From Cyanophora paradoxa CCMP329 (Eukaryota; Plantae; Glaucophyta): a stretch of 64,000 nucleotides of DNA. Each line of letters starts with the position of its first letter. Position 1 is the first letter of the stretch. Made by a program: the position numbers and the translations under genes. The DNA is taken from assembly GCA_004431415.1 (NCBI GenBank), contig QPMI01000420.1, positions 248,001-312,000 on the forward strand. Reading direction: 5' to 3'. Positions 10,288 through 24,100 of this stretch are shown here, in pieces. A model generated the notes under the pieces. That model was not told the origin of the DNA, did no database searches, and worked only from the letters and a program-made list of their open reading frames with translations.

Positions 10288-13200
10288 ATGGCGCGGCACG
10301 ACGGCGTTACCTGCGACGGCTGCGGCGCTGCTCCCATCGTCGGCGTGAGGTGGAAGTGCGCGAGTTGTGCTGACTTTGGTGCGTATGCGACGTCTCCGCC
10401 CCCGCTTGTGCCCTCCTTTGCTTCGAGTCGGCTGACGTCGACGTCGACGTGTCTGTCAGACCTTTGCGGCACCTGCGAAGCAGCGGGCCGGCGCTGCCCG
10501 GATCCCACTCAGACGCACGCCTTCGTCAAGGTCAACTACGCTACGTCGCTGCCGTCGCCACTCGTTCCGAACGGGCTGCCGCCTCGGACCGCGCACGCCG
10601 GCGCCCCCGACGAGCACGAGGGCATCCGTGAGCCGAGCCGCCCGGTCCTCTTTCTCCTCGCTGCGCCACGGCCGTGACGCACGGCGCCGCGCCCCGCCGC
10701 AGGCTGCGACGGGTGCGGCGCCAATCCGCTCCGCGGCACCCGCTTCAAGTGCATGGCCTGCCAGGACTTCGACCTCTGCTTCACGTGCGAGTTCGGCGGT
10801 CGCGCCGGCCACGACGCCTCGCACCCCTTCCTGCGCATGCCGTACCCCATCCCCATCGCGAACAACTTCCCCGGACCCCTCTCCGCCTCTTCCCCTCCGC
10901 CTCCCCCGAACTTCCCCTTCGGCACTGCCCCGCGCGGCGTTTTCGGCATGACTACACCCGTCCCCCCATCTCCCGCCGCTCCTGCCGTGGTAGCCCCCTT
11001 CGGCCTCTTCTCAAAGGCCGACGAGAAGCCGGTACCCCTCGTGGAAGTCGCCGCCGTGGGCACCATCCGCGGTACGCGTACCCCGCCACGTCGCCGTCGT
11101 CGCGCGCTGATGTACCCCCCTCCCGCGCAGACGCCACGGCGCGCATCGCCATCCGCCAGCGCTACATGAACGTCGAAAAGGTGCCGCCCGGATTCGAGCC
11201 CGTCGATCGAGGCGGCCCTCTTGCGCTCCTCTCACCCGCCGGCGGCGCGCCGTACCCCACTCGCGCAGGTCCCGATCGAGGCGACGTACAAGTTCCCCCT
11301 CGAGGAGGGCGCCGCCCTCGTCGGCTTCTCCGTCGAGGTCCGCGTACCCCCCTCCCCCACCCTACCCCCTACTCACCTCGCCTCCCGCGTCCAGGCCGGG
11401 GGCCGGCGGTTCGAGGGGACGGTGAAGGAGAAGGAGAAGGCCTTCGAGACGTACAGCCAGGCAATCGCCGGCGGCCACGGTCCGCCCGCCCGCCCGCCCG
11501 CTGCACCTAGGGCCCGCTGAAGCTTCCAGCGAGCGAGCGAGCGCCCCGGGCACATTCTGCGGCACCGGCGCCCCCCGCGCCGCTTCTCCTCCAAGGCGGC
11601 TGACGGCCGCCCCCCCGCGCCGCAGGGGGGTACCTTGTCGAGGAGGAGCAGGTGCCGCCCCCCCCCGCCGGCTTCGGGCTCGCCCCCGAGGCCGAGGCCG
11701 AGCCGAGGCGCGCCCCCGCCCCCGCTCCCCCGCCCGCGCAGCCGGACGTCTTCACGTTGAGCGTGGGGAACCTTCCTCCGGGCGGCCACGCCGTCGTCGA
11801 GGCGAGCCCCCAGCGCCTTCCGCCCCTGCCCCCGCCCCCGCCCCCGCACAACGCTAGCTTAACAAATGAGCTCCTCCTAACAAAGCTCTGGAACCGCTCG
11901 CGTCTGACGAGCGCCCCGCGCCCCCTCCGCCAGATCGTCTTCGTGAGCATCCTGGAGCAGCGCCCGGACGGCTCCGCCGCCCTCCGCCTCCCGACGGCCC
12001 TCTGCCCCAAGTACAGCCCCCTCGCCGCCGGGCCCGAGGGCGCACCGCACCTCAACCCGGGCGTCGTCCTCCCCGACGTCCCGTACCGCCTCCAGGTCCG
12101 AACTCGAAGAAGACGATAGATGATCCAGAAGCGATGGATAAGATCATGGATAGCTACGATAGATAGATAGATAGATGCCGAGGTGGCACCTGGGACGGGA
12201 CCCGGCGGGATTCTGACCCGTGGCCCGCCCTCACCGCCCGCAGCTCTCGCTAGAGGTGCACTCGGCGGCGCGGGTGGCGGCGGTGACGTCCCCCACCCAC
12301 GGGCCCGAGCTGCGCGTCGAGCTGCCCCCCGCCGGCGCCGGGCCCGCCCGCGTCGAGCTCAAGCGCGCCCCTACCACCCCCCCACCCCCCTACCCCCTAA
12401 TCCCTTACCCCCCCCACCAGGCGGCCCGTGGCGCTGGACGGGGACGTGGTGCTCGAGTTCGCGTACGGGGAGCCCTCCGCCCCCCGCGCCCTCTTCGAGC
12501 GGGTCCGCTCCCTGCGCCGCCCCTCCTCACCCCCTAGCTCCTAGCCCCTAGCTCTTTCCCGCCGGATTCAGCTTAACACATTGCCGGCTTGAGAGCTATG
12601 CCCGTCTCTCCCGTCTCCGCGCCGCTCTGACAGGCCGGCCCCACAACCTCCGCCCGCGCCCCCGCCCGCTGCAGAGCGACAAGGCGGCGGCCGCCATGGT
12701 CGCCTGGTGCGCCCCCTCCCTCCCCTTCCCCCTCCCCCTCCCCTTCCCCCGCCCCCTCCCCCCCCCTGGCCTCACCGCCTTTAGGTTCCCCGCCTGGACG
12801 GAGGAGGACGAGCTGGAGCGCGCCGAGTTCGTCCTCGTCATCGACCGATCGGGCTCCATGGGCGGTGCGCCCGCCGCTGGGGGGGGGGGGGGGGGGGGGG
12901 GAGCGCCCGGAAGGGAGCCCGGGGCCCAGCGGGGCTCCTAGCAGCCGCCTAGACACCAGAATCCCCAGGAGCAGGAGAGCGTTCCTCTAGCTCTGGAGGG
13001 CGGTCGGCCCCGCGTTGCGATCCCAGGCGCCTCGCGCGGGGCGGGGCCAAGGTCTGACAGGGCGCGGCCGCGGCCGCCTGCAGGGTCGAAGATCGAGCAG
13101 ACGAAGAACGCGGCGCAGCTGCTGCTGCGCTCGCTGCCCGTCGGCGCCCGCTTCAACATCGTCGGCTTCGGATCCACCTTCCAGGCCCGCCCCGCCCCGT

Positions 13201-15929
13201 CCCGCCCCGCTCCCCCTTCTAGCCCTCCTCTTCTTCTCACCGCCTCGCGCAGTTCCTCTTCGAGCGCTCGGCGGACTACTCGCAGGAGACCCTCGACCGC
13301 GCCTCCCAGGTCCGCGCTCGCCCCCAGGCCGGAGCCGGAGCCGGCGCCGCCGCTAAAGGGCCGGCAGCACGTGGCCGGCATCGGGGCCGACCTCGGCGGC
13401 ACCGAGATCCTCGAGCCCCTCCGCGTGCGTACCCCCCCCTGGTCGCCCCAGCAGGCGGGGCCGATCCGGGGTACCCCCGCAGGAGCTCTTCGAGAACCGG
13501 CCCCCGGAGCAGGCGTACCCCCGCCAGGTCTTCATCCTCACCGACGGCGAGGTGCGAACGAAATAAGCCGGGGGGGGTACAGCGGAGCTTCGAGTCGAGA
13601 GCTAAACGCCCCCGGCAGGTGTCGAACACGCAGCAGGTGGTGGACCTCGTCCGCCGGCACGGCGACCGCTGCCGCGTCTTCGCGTTCGGTGCGCGCGCAC
13701 GTACCTCCCTCGAGCTTTCGCGTCCCGTACCCCCCGCCGACCTCCTCCCGCCGCAGGCATCGGGGCCGGGGCGAGCTCGCACCTTGTGAAGAGCGTGGCG
13801 CGGGCCGGCGGGGGCGAGGCGGTGTTCATTTCGGACGGGGAGCGCATCGAGGGGCCCGTGCTCGCCCAGCTCGCCCGCGCCATGCAGGCGCGCGCACCGC
13901 CTCTCTTCTTTCTCTTAAGCTTGCATCTGCCCGCCTTCGCTGACCTGCCGTCCGTCTGTCTGCTGCGCAGCCTGTGGTCGCCGGCGTGCGCGTCGACTGG
14001 GGCCCGGCGGCGCCCCACGTCGCCGTCACGCCGCACGTACCCCCGCCCGTCTTCAAGGTACCCCCTTCCATTCGTTTCGGGTCCCCGGAGGCTCCAAGCT
14101 GAGCCCTTCGATCCCCCCGCAGGGCGACCGGCTTGTTTCGTACGCGGTGACCCGCCCCGGAGTCGACCCGGCGTCCGTCCAGTGGCCGCGTGAGGTCACG
14201 CTCCACGTCTCCACCTCCTCCGGCGACCGCACCTTCGCCGTACCCCTCCCCGCCGCCCCGGCGGAGGGCGCACAGGTCCAGCAGCTCGCCGGCCGCTCCC
14301 TCATCCGGGTACGCCCTCCCCCGCCCTTTCTTCCGGTACCCCCCCGTAACACCGTACCCCGGCAGGACCTGGAGTCGGGCCGGAGCCCGATGCACGACGG
14401 GCGGGGCCAGCTCCTCGAGGGGCGTACCCAGGAGCAGCTCGACGCCGAGGCGCGCCCCGTACCCCCGCCCGCTCTCCCCCGCACCGACCGACCGCCCCGG
14501 CCGGCCCAGGTGGTCAAGACGGCGCTGGCCTACGGGCTGGCCTCCCGCCTCACGAGCTTCGTGGCGGTGGAGCGGCGCGAGGGCGGCGCCGCGGAGGCCC
14601 CCATGGAGTCCCGCTGCGTCCCCGTCGCCGAGATCCGCAGGGTGCCCGCCCCGCGCCCTCCAAGAAGATCTAGAGCTCGCTGCGCCTTCTTATAACATAC
14701 GGCCTTCCGAAGCTCTTCTTAGATCTAGCTATAGAGCTCGCTGTTAACGTTCCTTTTCAAGAGCGCGATATATTCTATGGTCCTCACGATCACGACCGAA
14801 ATCAAAGCGCGCCCGCTGATCGCGAGCCCGGCCCGGCCCGCAGCACGTGGCGCCGCAGGCGCCGCCTATGCCGATGATGATGTGCGGCATGGCCTTCGGA
14901 GCGCCGATCGCCCTCTCGTCGGCCCCGGTCATGGCCTGCGCCTCCGCGCCCCCGCCCGTCTTCCGCGCCGCCGCCGGCCCCCGCGCCCTCCGCGGCGCCC
15001 CGGCCCCGGCCCCCGCCATGGCGATGGCATTCGGGGCGGCGCCAGCGGCGCCCGGCGGCGGCGGCGGCGTGGGCGCGGCCACGGGCGGGCGCGGCGGCAA
15101 GGGCGGCTTCCTGGGAGCCCTCGGGGGCCTGTTCGGCGCCGAGAAGGCGAAGAAGAAGAGCGCCGTGCGCCCGCCCCCGCCCCGCCCGCTCCGCCAAATT
15201 TAAATCGAGCGCTTCCCCGTCGAAGAGATCAAATCTTTGATTTTGGGCTCACTGGGGCGCAGCCGCAGAGGGAGGCGGCGGACGTGATGGAGCTTGAGTG
15301 CGACGAAGCGGGCGCCGACGCCTTCGCCAACGCCGCGCCCATGCCGCCGCCGCCGCCGCCTGCGCCGATGCCGCCCTGCCCCATGCCCGCCGCGGCCCCG
15401 GTGCCTGCGCCTGGGTTCTCGGCGGCGGGGCCGCTGCAGGCGTCGCGGGCGGCGCGGCCGCTGGACCGGCTGGTGCTGCTGCAGGCGGTGGACGGCTCGT
15501 GGGGCCTCAGCGCCGCCCTCGCCGACGCCCTCGGCACGCCCCTCGACGTCCTCTCCGCAGCCTGCCCCCCCGCCCTCCGGCCCGCCCCCCCTTCCTTCCG
15601 CTCGTTTGCTTTAATTTCGCTTGATTCTGACGCGCTCGCGCCGCAGCGGAGGGACGGGCGCCGCGCTCTGGGCCACCGCGCTCGCCGTCGCCTTCCTCGT
15701 CGCCAAATGCGCCGAGTGCGCCCCAACAGAAAATATTATCGTTGAATGAACTCAAAGTTCCTCGCGCAGCGCGAAGGCGGAGTGGGCGCTGCTGGAGAAG
15801 AAGGCGCGGCGCTGGCTGCGGGGCGCCCTGGGCCCCCGCCTGCCCCTCGCGCTCCCCGGGGCCGCCCCCGCCGCGGAGGCGGCCGCCGCCTGCGACGCCC
15901 TCGTCCTCGCCGCCGCCGCCGCCCTCTGA
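10288..15929 (+). CDS. ZZ zinc finger x2 + VIT + von Willebrand A domain protein (VWA5A-like)
   Basis: ZZ1 HDGVTCDGCGAAPIVGVRWKCASCADFDLCGTC; ZZ2 CDGCGANPLRGTRFKCMACQDFDLCFTC; VIT PIEATYKFPLEEGAALVGF...KEKEKAFETYSQAIAGGHG...DVFTLSVGNLPPG; vWA MIDAS FVLVIDRSGSMGG, GGTEILEPL, QVFILTDGEV, RVFAFGIGAGAS; C-terminal LVLLQAVDGSW / LWATALAVAFL / EWALLEKKARRWL typical of VWA5A. Confidence 0.92.
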
Positions 15930-16631
15930 TCGCCTGCGTGTTGCTCTGAGTTTGAACCGCGCGCGCTACACATATCAGGAGTGGACTCCTCGAATTGCAA
16001 GGCTTGTCTCTCCTTTATATTTGAGATCGTAACATAGGAATTCATGGCATCTTGATCGGTTGTTCATCCTGAATTTATGGGCCCTTAGCTCCGGGACCTT
16101 CTTCCCCGATCTAGATCTCTTCCCGGACTCGTGGTCGCACCCGTCGCCGGCTTGCCGAGCCTGCGCATGCGTCTCCTTCTGGTTCCCTCCCGTTTTGCTG
16201 GGCTGGGCCCTCCGGCTCTTGTTCTTGGTATACGTACCGAGCCGCAGCCTCTGGTTTCGCCGGTCAAATCCGGCCGGCGTATCTGGCAGCCGCAGCGAGG
16301 CCACGCTGTCTGTAGAGCATGAAGTACCTTAGTGGACTTTATTGAATACTGATGCCTGTTCCTGCTACGTCTGACGACTACAGAACTGCATACTGATGCC
16401 TAAGAGTTTAAATCGAGAACACACAGACAAGCCGCACATGGGCACGGGGGATTGAAAATTGCGAATTGTATGGCACAGGGTCCCTGGGCGCTAGAGGGGT
16501 ATGTACAGCGCGGTCGCGCCAGGCGGCGGCCGCGCGAATTTCCCGAAAGGAGCAAAGTGAAAACGAAGAGAGAGAGAGAGAGAGAGAGAACGAACGAACG
16601 ACACTGGAGGAGCGCCGCGGGCTCACGGGCG

Positions 16632-18250
16632 TCATCGGGCGGAGAGGAAAGGGGACGGGGCGGGCGAGGGCGAGTGGGAGAGAGAGAGGGTGAGGTTGCC
16701 CGGGTGGGCGGAGGGGGCGGGGGAGGAGGGGGCGATGGAGGAGAGCTTCTCGAGGGGCGAGAAGTCGTAGCGGGAGGGGGCGAGGCAGAAGGCCGCCTCG
16801 ATGTAGGGTGTGGACTGGGCGTTCTGCGTGTACGTCCGGTTCGAGAGCGGCGGGCACCACGAGCCCGAGAGGGGGATTGAGGCCACCGCCGCCGCTGCCG
16901 CGCCGACCGGCGCGGTGCGCGCCGCGAGCACCGCGCGGCGCCGGGAGATGGACGGGGAGCGGCGTAGCGTGCGGCTGGCCCGCAGCGCGCGCGGCCCCCG
17001 CACGGCCGAGCTGGACGAGGAGAGGGAGTGGGAGGGGGACGCCGCTCGCAGCGACGAGATCAGCGTCGAGCGGTCCGGCGGGTAGTACGCCCTAGGCGCC
17101 AGCCGTCGCCGGAACGCGGCCCGCAGCTGCGGCGCGTCGGCGATGGCGAGCGGGGGCGTGGCGGGAGTCGCGCGGACCTTGCGCGGGGTGGGCTTCTGCC
17201 TCGATTCCGAGGCGCCGAGAATGCCCGAGAGATTCAAGAGCGAGGCCGAGAAGCCGATGGTCGAGTCCGCGAGGGCCGCCTCGTTTGTCTGCACGGGCGC
17301 GTGAGCGGAACGACGGCGGGCGGGTTCGGCGCGAGCGCGCGGCGCTTGCCTGGTCCAGGCTCTGTATGCTGGTGCTCGTGCCGAGCTTTAGCTTGGAGAT
17401 CAGGTCCGCCATGGGGAAGAACGCCTCCTCGTCTTCTTCATCTTCTCTGTCCCCGTCGTAGATGCCCTCGCCCCTGCACAAGCGCACGTCTCGTCATGTC
17501 GGAAGAGGAATGCTCTCTTTTGCGCGCTCCGGAGGGACCCGGCGCGGGATCGGCACGAACCGGTCGTCGGAATCGCCGCTCACATACCGGCGCGATCTAG
17601 ACAGCGAGCGACGCTGGGGAGCACAGGAGCCTTTAGATGCGACATACGGACGTGGGGAACTGAGAGCGACGGCACCTTGCGCCGGATGGATGACTCCGTA
17701 GCTACAGGGCGTTCCCGCTGCCGCTGAGGCACTATGTCGGCGTCAGGATTCCCTGTGCTGTGCTTGAAAATGGAAGATTGGCCTGGAGTGCACAATATCA
17801 TGATCAACCAAAAGGCGGTTCCATGCATCCGCGAGGTATACCCGTGCACCTGTCAGACCGGCGTTCTGGGAAGCGGGCGCGAGGAATCTCGGGTTGGAGT
17901 CGCTGGAGCGGAGAGACAAGGATAGGCGGCCGTCTGAGGCGAGCCGGCAGGTCAGTCTATGGAGCCGTTCACATGGGCAACAGAGGCAAGGTGACTCAAG
18001 AATCAAGCACTAGACATGCTTCTGAGCTCACCTTGCAGGTCGATCATCCCCGGCCAGCGTCCCTGCGTTCTCGCTTCCCGAAGCTTCCTCTTTTTTTCTT
18101 GAGTGCTCTGGCCTCTACCCCCTCGCTGAATCGGGTACCCGGACCCAGCACAGTGTCACAGTGAAAGTGACAGTGGCACAGAGCATTGAGTGGACCTTGG
18201 CGTGCTCGTAGGATCAAGCTGTTCGCAGCTCTCAGTCCTCGCTGCGACGG
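16632..18250 (-). CDS. Hypothetical Ser/Pro/Arg-rich multi-exon protein; 5' end uncertain
   Basis: Exon chain with plausible splice sites in frame: ...ENAGTLAGDDRPAR|LTCRLASDGRLSL...|QSSIFKHSTGNPDADIV...RRK|APVLPSVARCLDRA|...GEGIYDGDREDEEDEEAFFPMADLISKLKLG...LDQ|TNEAALADSTIGF... No recognisable domain. Confidence 0.45.
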
Positions 18251-19522
18251 TTTCCCCGCCGCGGCCCTCGCGCCCCCCGCGCTGCTGTGCGGTTTAGCAC
18301 GCTGTCGCAGCCCCCGCTGTCGCAGCCGCAGGCGTTTGCACGCTTTTTTCGCAGCCATGCGGCGACCTCCCTGCATGCCCAGAGTTCTTTGCAACCAACG
18401 CAAGAAGCACTACAGTTCGATTTCGGTCTTACGCATCCGAGCATGCAGGAAGAAGGCGCGCCGTTCGGCCGCGAAGGCGCGCGAGTCGATGGTTCTGACC
18501 AACCCGCACCCGCCGAGCAGATCGCAGCCCCGCCTTCGCAAGCTTTTCAAATGTCCCCTCTCCATTTCGTCTGCCAGGTTCGTGTTGCGGCGAGCGATTT
18601 GGACGCTAGGATCTCCCTCCTTCCGGGTCGCGATGATGAAACACAACAACCCAATCGGGCTTCCGATGCGGCTGGCGCGGGCTTCGGCTCGCTGTCGCCT
18701 TGAAGATGCTAAGGCGAGTCTTAGCGACCATCGCTCTTCCCTGCTCATCTCCTCGTCTCGCCCTCTCGCGGCTTCGCCCCGCCATGCTCCGCCCCGGCCC
18801 GCCCAGACACCCCCCCTTTCTTCGCTTAGTGCCGCCCCACTCTTTCTCTCTCTTTCTCTGGCGCGGAGATGACCAACATGGGAGTTGGTTAAGCTGAGGT
18901 GGCATGCTAGGCCTAAAAAGCCTAGGCTGCCTAGGCTGGCGCGGGCTTCGCCCCGCTGCGAGTCATGATTGCACTAAGGCCGAGTCTGAGCGCCTCTATT
19001 CGTAGCTTAGGGGCCCGCCCTGCCGCCTTTCTCCTCGTCGCCGGGCCTTTTCCTCGCAGCGGACCCTGATCCCCCCCGCGCGCCGTCCCCCGCAGATCAA
19101 CCCGGCCGGCAGTGCTGGCGCCTGGCAAGTTCTTGCGAGGAGGTAGATGCAGCCGATGGATGGAGCCGCGCGCATCTCTTCCCGCCGCCCACTCCCCTCT
19201 GTTTCGGCGATTCGCTGCCCCCCCCCCCCCCTCCCGCGCTCTATGTCAATCGGCTGTTGTTCTCTAGCTATGGCCGTATCAATCGTCGGAGCCTGCGCTC
19301 CTTGGCATCAGCTTCACTCTTCAGCCCGTTTCCCTTCGAGCTTGCTTGGCCGGACCCCCCGGGCCGCGGCCGACCCGCCTCCCCTCATCATGAAGCCCCG
19401 GCGCCGTTCGCTGACCAAATATGTGCTTATGTGCAACAAGAAAAGGGGAGCCCTACGTGCCTGCTTCCTACTATCTCTCTCTCTCCGAGGGGGTGGGTGG
19501 ATGGATGTAGGGGGTTGGTGGG

Positions 19523-21120
19523 CTAAGGGGCCCGCAGGGGCCGCAGGGCGAAGTGCCTCGCCTCGGCCAGCAGCGCGCCGCCGGCGGCCGTCGACCGGAG
19601 CTCGTCGAGCGTGAGGCGCTCCTTCGCGTAGCGGCCGCCGCCGGCCTCGATGTACCCCGCCGCGATGCGCTCGAGGGAGAACGGGTCGCGCGCCGCGGCG
19701 ACCGGGTGCGCGTGCTGCGCCCGCCGGACGGCCCCGTGGTGCGTCGCCTCGAAGAGCGTCTGGGGCGACACGGCGTCGCCGTCGCCGGGCGCGAGGACGG
19801 CGCAGGCCTTGCGGAGGCCGGCGAGCGCGTCGGGGTCGGCGCAGAGGTAGAGCAGCAGCTGCCGGTAGTCCACCTCCCGCTCCGCCTGGAGCGCCGCCGC
19901 CTCGCCCGAGTCCGCCTCGGCGCCCGTCGGCTCGCCCGAGGCGCTCGCGACGGCGCCCGTCCCGCTCTGCTGCAGCATCGCAAAGTAGACGGACTTGATC
20001 GCCGCGGAGCGCTCGCCGGCGGCGCCCTCCCCGCTGAGGTCCTCGAACCAGAAGGGGACGGCGAGGAACTGGGGCCAGAGGAGCCGCCCGCGGCGCCGCG
20101 TGTCGCAGATCTCGCAGGCCTCCCGGAGGGACCGGACCTCCTCTAGGCTCGGGACCGACGGGAGCGACGCCGCCACGACGAGCTCGCGCCAGTCCACCAG
20201 CCCCGCCGCGCCCGCCCCCCGCGGCGACCCCGCCGAGCCCGAGGCCGAGGCCGGGGCCGAGGCCGAGGGCCCCGCCGCGAAGGGGGCGACGAGGGCCGCG
20301 AACTTCTCGCGGGGCCAGGAGGCCCACTCGAGGGGGAGGGCGGGGGCGCCGAAGGGGTCGGCGGCGAGGCGGGCGAGGAGGCCGACGAGGTCGTCCGCGG
20401 AGAGGGCCCCCGTGGGCGCCACGTAGCGCAGGTGGCCCACGAGCGCCAGCAGCTGCTCCCCCGAGAAGCGCGCCCCTCGGGCGCCTCCCGCGGGGCCGCC
20501 GGCGGCGCCGCCGGCGCCGGCTGCGGCGGGGGCGCCAGCGTCGCCGCGTCGACGGCAACGTCGACGCCGGAGATGAGGAGGCGGTGCGGGAGCGCCTCGC
20601 CGCGCTCCGCCGCGCCCCGCGCGAGCTTGGCGAGCCCCGCGACGGCCGCCAGCTCGGCCCTGTACCGGTCGGAGAGGGCCGCCTCCAGGCGCGCGTGCAG
20701 GGCCTCCTCCTGCTCCTTCAGCTCCGAGACGAAGGCCGGCACGCAGGCGCCCAGCGCCTTGAGCCGCCTCAGGAAGACGGCGTCCGCCTCCTTCATCGCC
20801 AGCTCCCGCTCCGTCGGCTCCCGCGGCGCCCCGTCCCCCGCCCCGCCCTCCCCGCCCGCCCGCCCGCCGCCGCCGCCGCCGCCTCCGCTTTGGCCGCCTC
20901 CGCCGCCGCCGCCTTGGCCGCCTTGTCCTCGCCCTTCTTCGCGCCGCCCTTGCCGTCCTTGGCGGCCTTTGCGTCTCCCTTGGCGCCCTTGCCGCCGCCG
21001 GCCGCCGCCTCGGGCGGGGGCGGCGGCGGCGCGTTCGGGTCGTTCACGAGGCTGAATGCGTAGTTCAGGGCCCGCGCGAACCGCTCCAGCGGGTCGGGCA
21101 TGAAATCCTCCGCCGCTGCC

Positions 21121-21152
<32 letters not shown>

Positions 21153-24100
21153 CGCGCCGCCCTTGGCCGCGCCCGCCGCCTTCTTTGGCTCCTCCTTCTT
21201 GGCGCCGCCCTTGCCGGCGCCCTTGCCCCCCGCCGCGTCCGGCCGCGCCGTCGCGCCGCCGGGCCCGCCGGCCGCGCCGCCGCCGGCCGCCGCCGACACC
21301 GCGATGCGCTTGACCTTGAACTTGCCGACGAGGGGGCTCTTGTAGCGCTCGGGAAGCACGAGGCCCTGCGGCGGCTCGTCCACCACCGCCGGCTCCGGCG
21401 GCTGCTCGGGCATAGGGTCCAGGTCCTTCCCCTGCGCCCGCCCGCCCGCCCGCCCCTCAGCCATCCATCCATCCATGCCGCCCCGGAGAGAGAGAGGCAG
21501 ACGGGCGGACCTCCATGTAGTCGAAGTGGTCCTTGAGGACGGCGCGGACGGCGAAGTCGCGGTTCACCTCGCACTGCACCATCTCCACGAACGCGTGCTG
21601 CATGATCTGCATGCAGCCGGCGCGCCGTCGGCGTCGGCGAGAAGGGCTCGCGAGCGAGGGCGGAGGGGCCGGCGGCGGACCTCGAACTTGTCGGCGAGGT
21701 AGCCGTCCTCGACGAGGGCCTTGAGCTCGCCCTCGGCCTCGGCGCGGCGCACGTCGCAGGCCTCCCACAGCTCGTCCCGCAGCTCGTCGCACCGCAGCCC
21801 CAGCTCCGCCTGCACCGCGAGGCGCGAGCGAGCGGGCCGGTTTGGCACGGGCCGGGCCGCCCCGGCCGAAGGCGAGGGAGCGGGGCGGACCTTGGTGTCG
21901 GGGTCCTGGCGCAGCTCTCGCTCGACTGCATTGAAGGCCCGCTGGAAGGCGTCCACCGTCTCCTGCGAAGTGTTAGGGGAAGGCGCGCTCGAGCTGCGCG
22001 GGCGGGCGCGGGCGCCCCGGCGGGCCCACCTGCTTGGTGTCGGGCCGCCGGATGAAGTCGAGGAAGGCCGCCCGCCCCGACGCGAAGTGGTGCAGCGCCT
22101 GCTCGCGCGCAAATCAGAGGCGGGCGGGGCGCGAAATAGGGTCGGGGCGGGGGGCGGGGCGCACGGCGCGGCGCTCGTGGCGGAGGACGCGGAAGGCGCG
22201 CTTGAGGCCCGAGACGTACCCCTCCTCGCACGCGTCCAGCCCGGACTTGAGCACCTGGGGAGGGGGGAGAAGTCAGCTCAGGTGAGACCGCGGAGCTCCG
22301 GAGGCGCGGCGGGGCGCGCCTTGGCCAGCTCGACGTCGAGCTTCTCGGGCTTGGGCTTGGGTGGCTCCACGGGCTCGGGCGGGGCGTCCACCGCCGCCCC
22401 GTCGACGCCGCCGCCGGCCGCCGCCGCCGCCGCCGCGCCGGCCGCGTCCGCCGCCCCTGCCTTCCCGTCCTTGCCCTTCGCCCCGGCCGCCGCCGCCGCC
22501 GCCTTCGGGTCGCCGCCCTTGCCGTCCTTGCCCTTGGCCGCCCCCTTGGCGCCGGCCGCCGGCTTCTTGGCGCCCTTGGCCGCCGGCTCGGGCGACTGGG
22601 CGAGGCGCGCCTCCTCGGCGAGGCGGGCGGCCTCCTCCGCCGCGCGCTTCTCCTCCTCCTCCTTGCGCCGCTTCTCCTCCTCCTGCCTCAGCCGCTCGGC
22701 CTCGGCCTCCTGCCGCGCCCGCTCGGCCTCCTCCTCCTCCCGCCGGATGCGCGCCTCCTCCGCCGCCCGCTCCTTGGCCGCGACGAGGGCGCGGAGGACG
22801 TCCTCCACGGCGTTCGTCACGTCGTTGAGGGGCGCCGCCGCCTCCAGCGGCGAGAGCGTGCCGTACTTGGAGAGGAAGGCCTCGAGCTTGGGCGCCTCCT
22901 CGGCGTACCCCGCCAGCCGGTGCTGGATCTGCTGCTCGTCGTTCGAGCCGCTGCGGACGGGCACGAGCCGCTCGTTCAGCGCGTCGGTCTCCGGCGGCGG
23001 GTCGAACTCGAGGTGGTACTCGGCCCCCGTGAGGGGGTCCCGGCGCCGCCCCAGCGCCCGCCGCTCCGACTGCTCGGCCCCGATGTCCAGCCGGATGACC
23101 ACGTCCAGCGCCGAGGGCCGCGCCGCGGCGCCCTCCGCCGGCTCTGGCGGCGGAGGCGCCATCTTCGCCTGGCCCTTGGGCGCCTTCCCGCCCTTCGCCG
23201 CCCGCGCCTCCGCTGCCTCGATCTCCGCCAGCTCCGGCGGCGTCACGCTGCGGGGCGGCCCCGGCTCGAGTCCGCGCGGGGCCGCTTTCTTCTCTAGAAA
23301 GAAAGGCGCACCCGGAGAGCTCCTTCTCGAGGAGCATAGCCTGGAGGGCGGTGCGGGGGAAGCCGTCGAGGAGCCAGCCGGTGGCGGTGCGGCCCTCGGC
23401 CTCGGCCCGCGCCAGCGCCTCGACGACGAGGGAGACCAGCAGCCGGTCGTTCACCTCCTTGCCCTCCAGCAGCAGCTTCTGGCACTCCACGCCCAGCAGC
23501 GACCGCGCCGACGGCTCCGGCGCCGGCGGGGGCGGCGGCGGTGCCGGCGGGGGCGGCTCCGACCCGTCCGCGGGGGGCTCCTCCGGCGGCGGGGGCGGCG
23601 GCAGCGGCTTCATCTCACCGGCCTCGGCGGCGCTGCGGGCGAGAAAGCATGAGCGCCGCGCCACTCGGAGAGCCTCGCTGGGCTTGCGGGCGGGGCGGGG
23701 CGGGGCGGGGCGCGCCTGACGGCCTCGCGGACGAGCTCGTCGACGTCGAGGACGAGGCAGCCCATGAGCTCGCCCATCTTGGCCGCCACGGAGGACTTGC
23801 CGGAGAAGGGCCGCCCGAGCAGGCACGCCCGCACGGGGTACTCCGGCAGCGGCGGCGGCAGCGGCAGCGGCGGCGGGTCCACCAGGCGCGAGACCTCAGC
23901 GATGAGGGCGCCCAGGCGCACCGCAAGCTCCCCCGGCTCCCTGCGCGGCGCGGCGCGTCAGGCGCGGCCGGCCCCGCGGGGGCGTGCGTGCGTGCGCACC
24001 CGTCGGCCCAGACGCCCTCCGAGCGGTTGTACTCGAGGTACATCGCCGTGTCGAGCACGTCCGCCGCCTCCTCGCCCTCGGGCGTCCCCGGCACCGCAGC

